Source of the DNA: an uncultured Chloroflexia bacterium
GTDB taxonomy: Bacteria > Chloroflexota > Limnocylindria > Limnocylindrales > CSP1-4
Length of the DNA: 64,000 nucleotides
Assembly: GCA_963734535.1 (NCBI GenBank)
Contig: CAVTHS010000006.1
Span: 64,001-128,000 of the forward strand
Reading direction: 5' to 3'
Shown here one piece after another: positions 62,454-64,000 of this stretch. Both the position numbers and the translations under genes were made by a program. The notes below the pieces were generated by a model. That model saw only the letters and a list, made by a program, of their open reading frames with translations. It was not told the DNA's origin and did not search any database. Within the stretch, counting starts at the first letter, position 1. Each line of letters opens with the position of its first letter.

Positions 62454-63199
62454 TCGATCTCACCGGCAAGGTCGCCATCGTCACCGGTGGCTCGCGCGGC
62501 ATCGGCCGGGCGGTGGCGCTCATGCTCGGCCGGCAGGGCGCCGACGTCGCGTTCCTCGACCGGCTGGCCTGCACCGTCGAGGACCACACGCGCGAGGACG
62601 TCGAGGCGCTCGGCCGGCGCTCGGTCTGCATCGGCGGCGACGTGACGGACCCGGCGGCGTGCACCGAGCTCGTCAGCGAGGCGCTCAAGGAGCTCGGCCG
62701 GGTCGACATCCTGGTCAACAACGCCGGCATCACCCGCGACGACCTGATCATGCGGATGACCGACGAGGCGTGGCATGACGTCCTGAACGTCAACCTCACC
62801 GGCGCGTTCAACATGACCCGGGCGGTCCTGCGACCGATGATCAAGGCCCGCTCCGGGCGGATCATCAACATGTCGAGCGTCTCGGGGCAGATGGGCAACG
62901 CCGGCCAGGCCAACTACTCCGCGTCGAAGGCCGGCCTGATCGGCCTCACGAAGGCGACCGCCCGCGAGGTCGCCTCACGCGGCATCACCGTCAACGCGGT
63001 TGCGCCCGGTTTCGTCATCACCGAGCTCACGGACGGCCTGCCCGACACCGTCAAGGACGCCATCAAGGCCGCCACGCCGCTGGGGCGCTTCGCCTCGGTG
63101 GACGAGATCGCCGCGGCCGTCGCGTTCCTCGCCTCCGACGAGGCCGGCTACATCACCGGCCAGGTCCTCGGCGTCGACGGCGGCCTCGCGATGATGTAG
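62450..63199 (+). CDS. fabG: 3-oxoacyl-ACP reductase
   Basis: TGGSRGIG, VNNAGITRD, GQANYSASK and NAVAPG motifs. Confidence 0.96.
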   Translation: MIDLTGKVAIVTGGSRGIGRAVALMLGRQGADVAFLDRLACTVEDHTREDVEALGRRSVCIGGDVTDPAACTELVSEALKELGRVDILVNNAGITRDDLIMRMTDEAWHDVLNVNLTGAFNMTRAVLRPMIKARSGRIINMSSVSGQMGNAGQANYSASKAGLIGLTKATAREVASRGITVNAVAPGFVITELTDGLPDTVKDAIKAATPLGRFASVDEIAAAVAFLASDEAGYITGQVLGVDGGLAMM

Positions 63200-63216
63200 C
63201 GAGGGGCGGGCGAGGC

Positions 63217-63485
63217 GGCCGCCACGCCGTTCGGTCGCCACGTCGCCGCGTCTCTCGGTCGCCTCTCCGCCGCGCCGCCACGTCTCTCGGCCGCCACTCC
63301 GCTGTGTCTTTCGGCCGCCACGTCGTTCGGCCGCCACTCCGCTGTGTCTTTCGGCCGCCACGTCGTTCGGCCGCCACTCCGCTGTGTCTTTCGGCCGCCA
63401 CGTCGTTCGGCCGCCACTCCGCTGTGTCTTTCGGCCGCCACGTTGTTCGGCCGCCACTCCGCTGTGTCTTTCGGTCGCCACTCCG
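63217..63485. repeat. 40-bp tandem repeat (about 5 copies) built from TCGGCCGCCAC subunits
   Basis: TTCGGCCGCCACGTCGTTCGGCCGCCACTCCGCTGTGTCT repeated with a 40-nt period. Confidence 0.9.
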
Positions 63486-63552
63486 CCGCGCCGGATGGCC
63501 TTCCTCGACTGCCCTGACATTGGTTTCCTCGGCAATGTCGATCACCTGATCA

Positions 63553-64000
63553 CTAACCCGGACCCTCCGCGCGCCGCGACGTCGGAACCGCCCCGGACGG
63601 GCCGTGGGACGCCCAATTTCCTCGCTGTTGCCTTCCCTGGGCCGCATTCGCGAGGATCCGTCGCGCCCGCACCCGTTTCGTCGGCCCGAGACGCGGGTTA
63701 GTGATTCCTGGGCCCGCATTGGCGAGGAAAGCCAGCCCGCGGACCGCCCGGCTGACCGCCGCGCCCTCCGCCCGGCTGACCGCCGCGCCCTCCGCCCGGC
63801 TGACCGCCGCGCCCTCCGCCCGGCTGACCGCCGCGCCCTCCGCCCGGCTGACCGCCCCGGCGCCCGCCACCGCCGCCGCGCCCGCCGCCGACCCGACCTC
63901 AGCAGTCCCCGCACCTCCCGGGTCGCGAAGCCACCGCCGCAGCGTGCGGCCGTCGAGCGGGAACGCGTTGCGGAGCATGGTCCGGTGTCGCGCCAGCTGT
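63553..64000 (-). CDS. C-terminal fragment of a hypothetical protein entering from the right edge
   Basis: Frame open at the edge: QLARHRTMLRNAFPLDGRTLRRWLRDP..., with an AAVSRAEG repeat insert; 3' end uncertain. Confidence 0.45.
   Translation of the reverse strand, partial: QLARHRTMLRNAFPLDGRTLRRWLRDPGGAGTAEVGSAAGAAAVAGAGAVSRAEGAAVSRAEGAAVSRAEGAAVSRAEGAAVSRAVRGLAFLANAGPGITNPRLGPTKRVRARRILANAAQGRQQRGNWASHGPSGAVPTSRRAEGPG
63744..63856. repeat. 24-bp tandem repeat (about 4.5 copies)
   Basis: CCGCCCGGCTGACCGCCGCGCCCT repeated. Confidence 0.9.

Noticed and set aside
799-63914. Numerous long antisense and alternate-frame ORFs in the track
   Set aside because: Arg/Pro/Gly-rich shadow ORFs expected at very high GC, overlapping well-supported genes

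Overview
Very GC-rich bacterial chromosomal segment. Gene content and style suggest Chloroflexota, possibly Limnocylindria/Ellin6529 (inference, not tested). Many single-base indels split genes, including housekeeping ones (glpK, fabF, accB), so most are probably long-read assembly errors. In order, the window holds: a glycerol/dihydroxyacetone cluster (dhaK-dhaL-glpK-glpABC-dhaM-panE-like-plsY); apt, a degenerate MtnA/eIF2B-like gene, a GNAT, ahcY and an S9 peptidase; a minus-strand copper/surface-protein operon (CopC-CopD fusion, His-motif lipoprotein, orphan ABC SBP, CPBP protease, C-terminally anchored proteins) headed by a His-rich membrane ORF with a RAPP motif; metK-manC-manB; a small SWIM protein; a secreted clan-CD-like protease/FTP-PepSY/lipoprotein trio; a cobalamin riboswitch with btuFCD; a vapBC pair; a GcvT-like gene plus two phytoene-dehydrogenase-like flavoproteins; surE, an AI-2E transporter and trpS; hom-thrC-thrB; a dienelactone hydrolase; lysC; and a birA-ECF sigma-anti-sigma-accD-accA-accB*-accC-fabZ-phosphoesterase-fabF-accB-fabH-fabG operon. 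The best novelty candidates are (1) a putative metal-sensing RAPP ribosome-arrest leader controlling the copper operon, (2) a lysine-less BCCP paralogue (plant BADC-like) inside the ACC operon, (3) the secreted caspase-fold protease with a stand-alone propeptide partner, and (4) a pseudo-MtnA with a twin-arginine-like N-terminus. No CRISPR array, tRNA, rRNA or transposase was seen.
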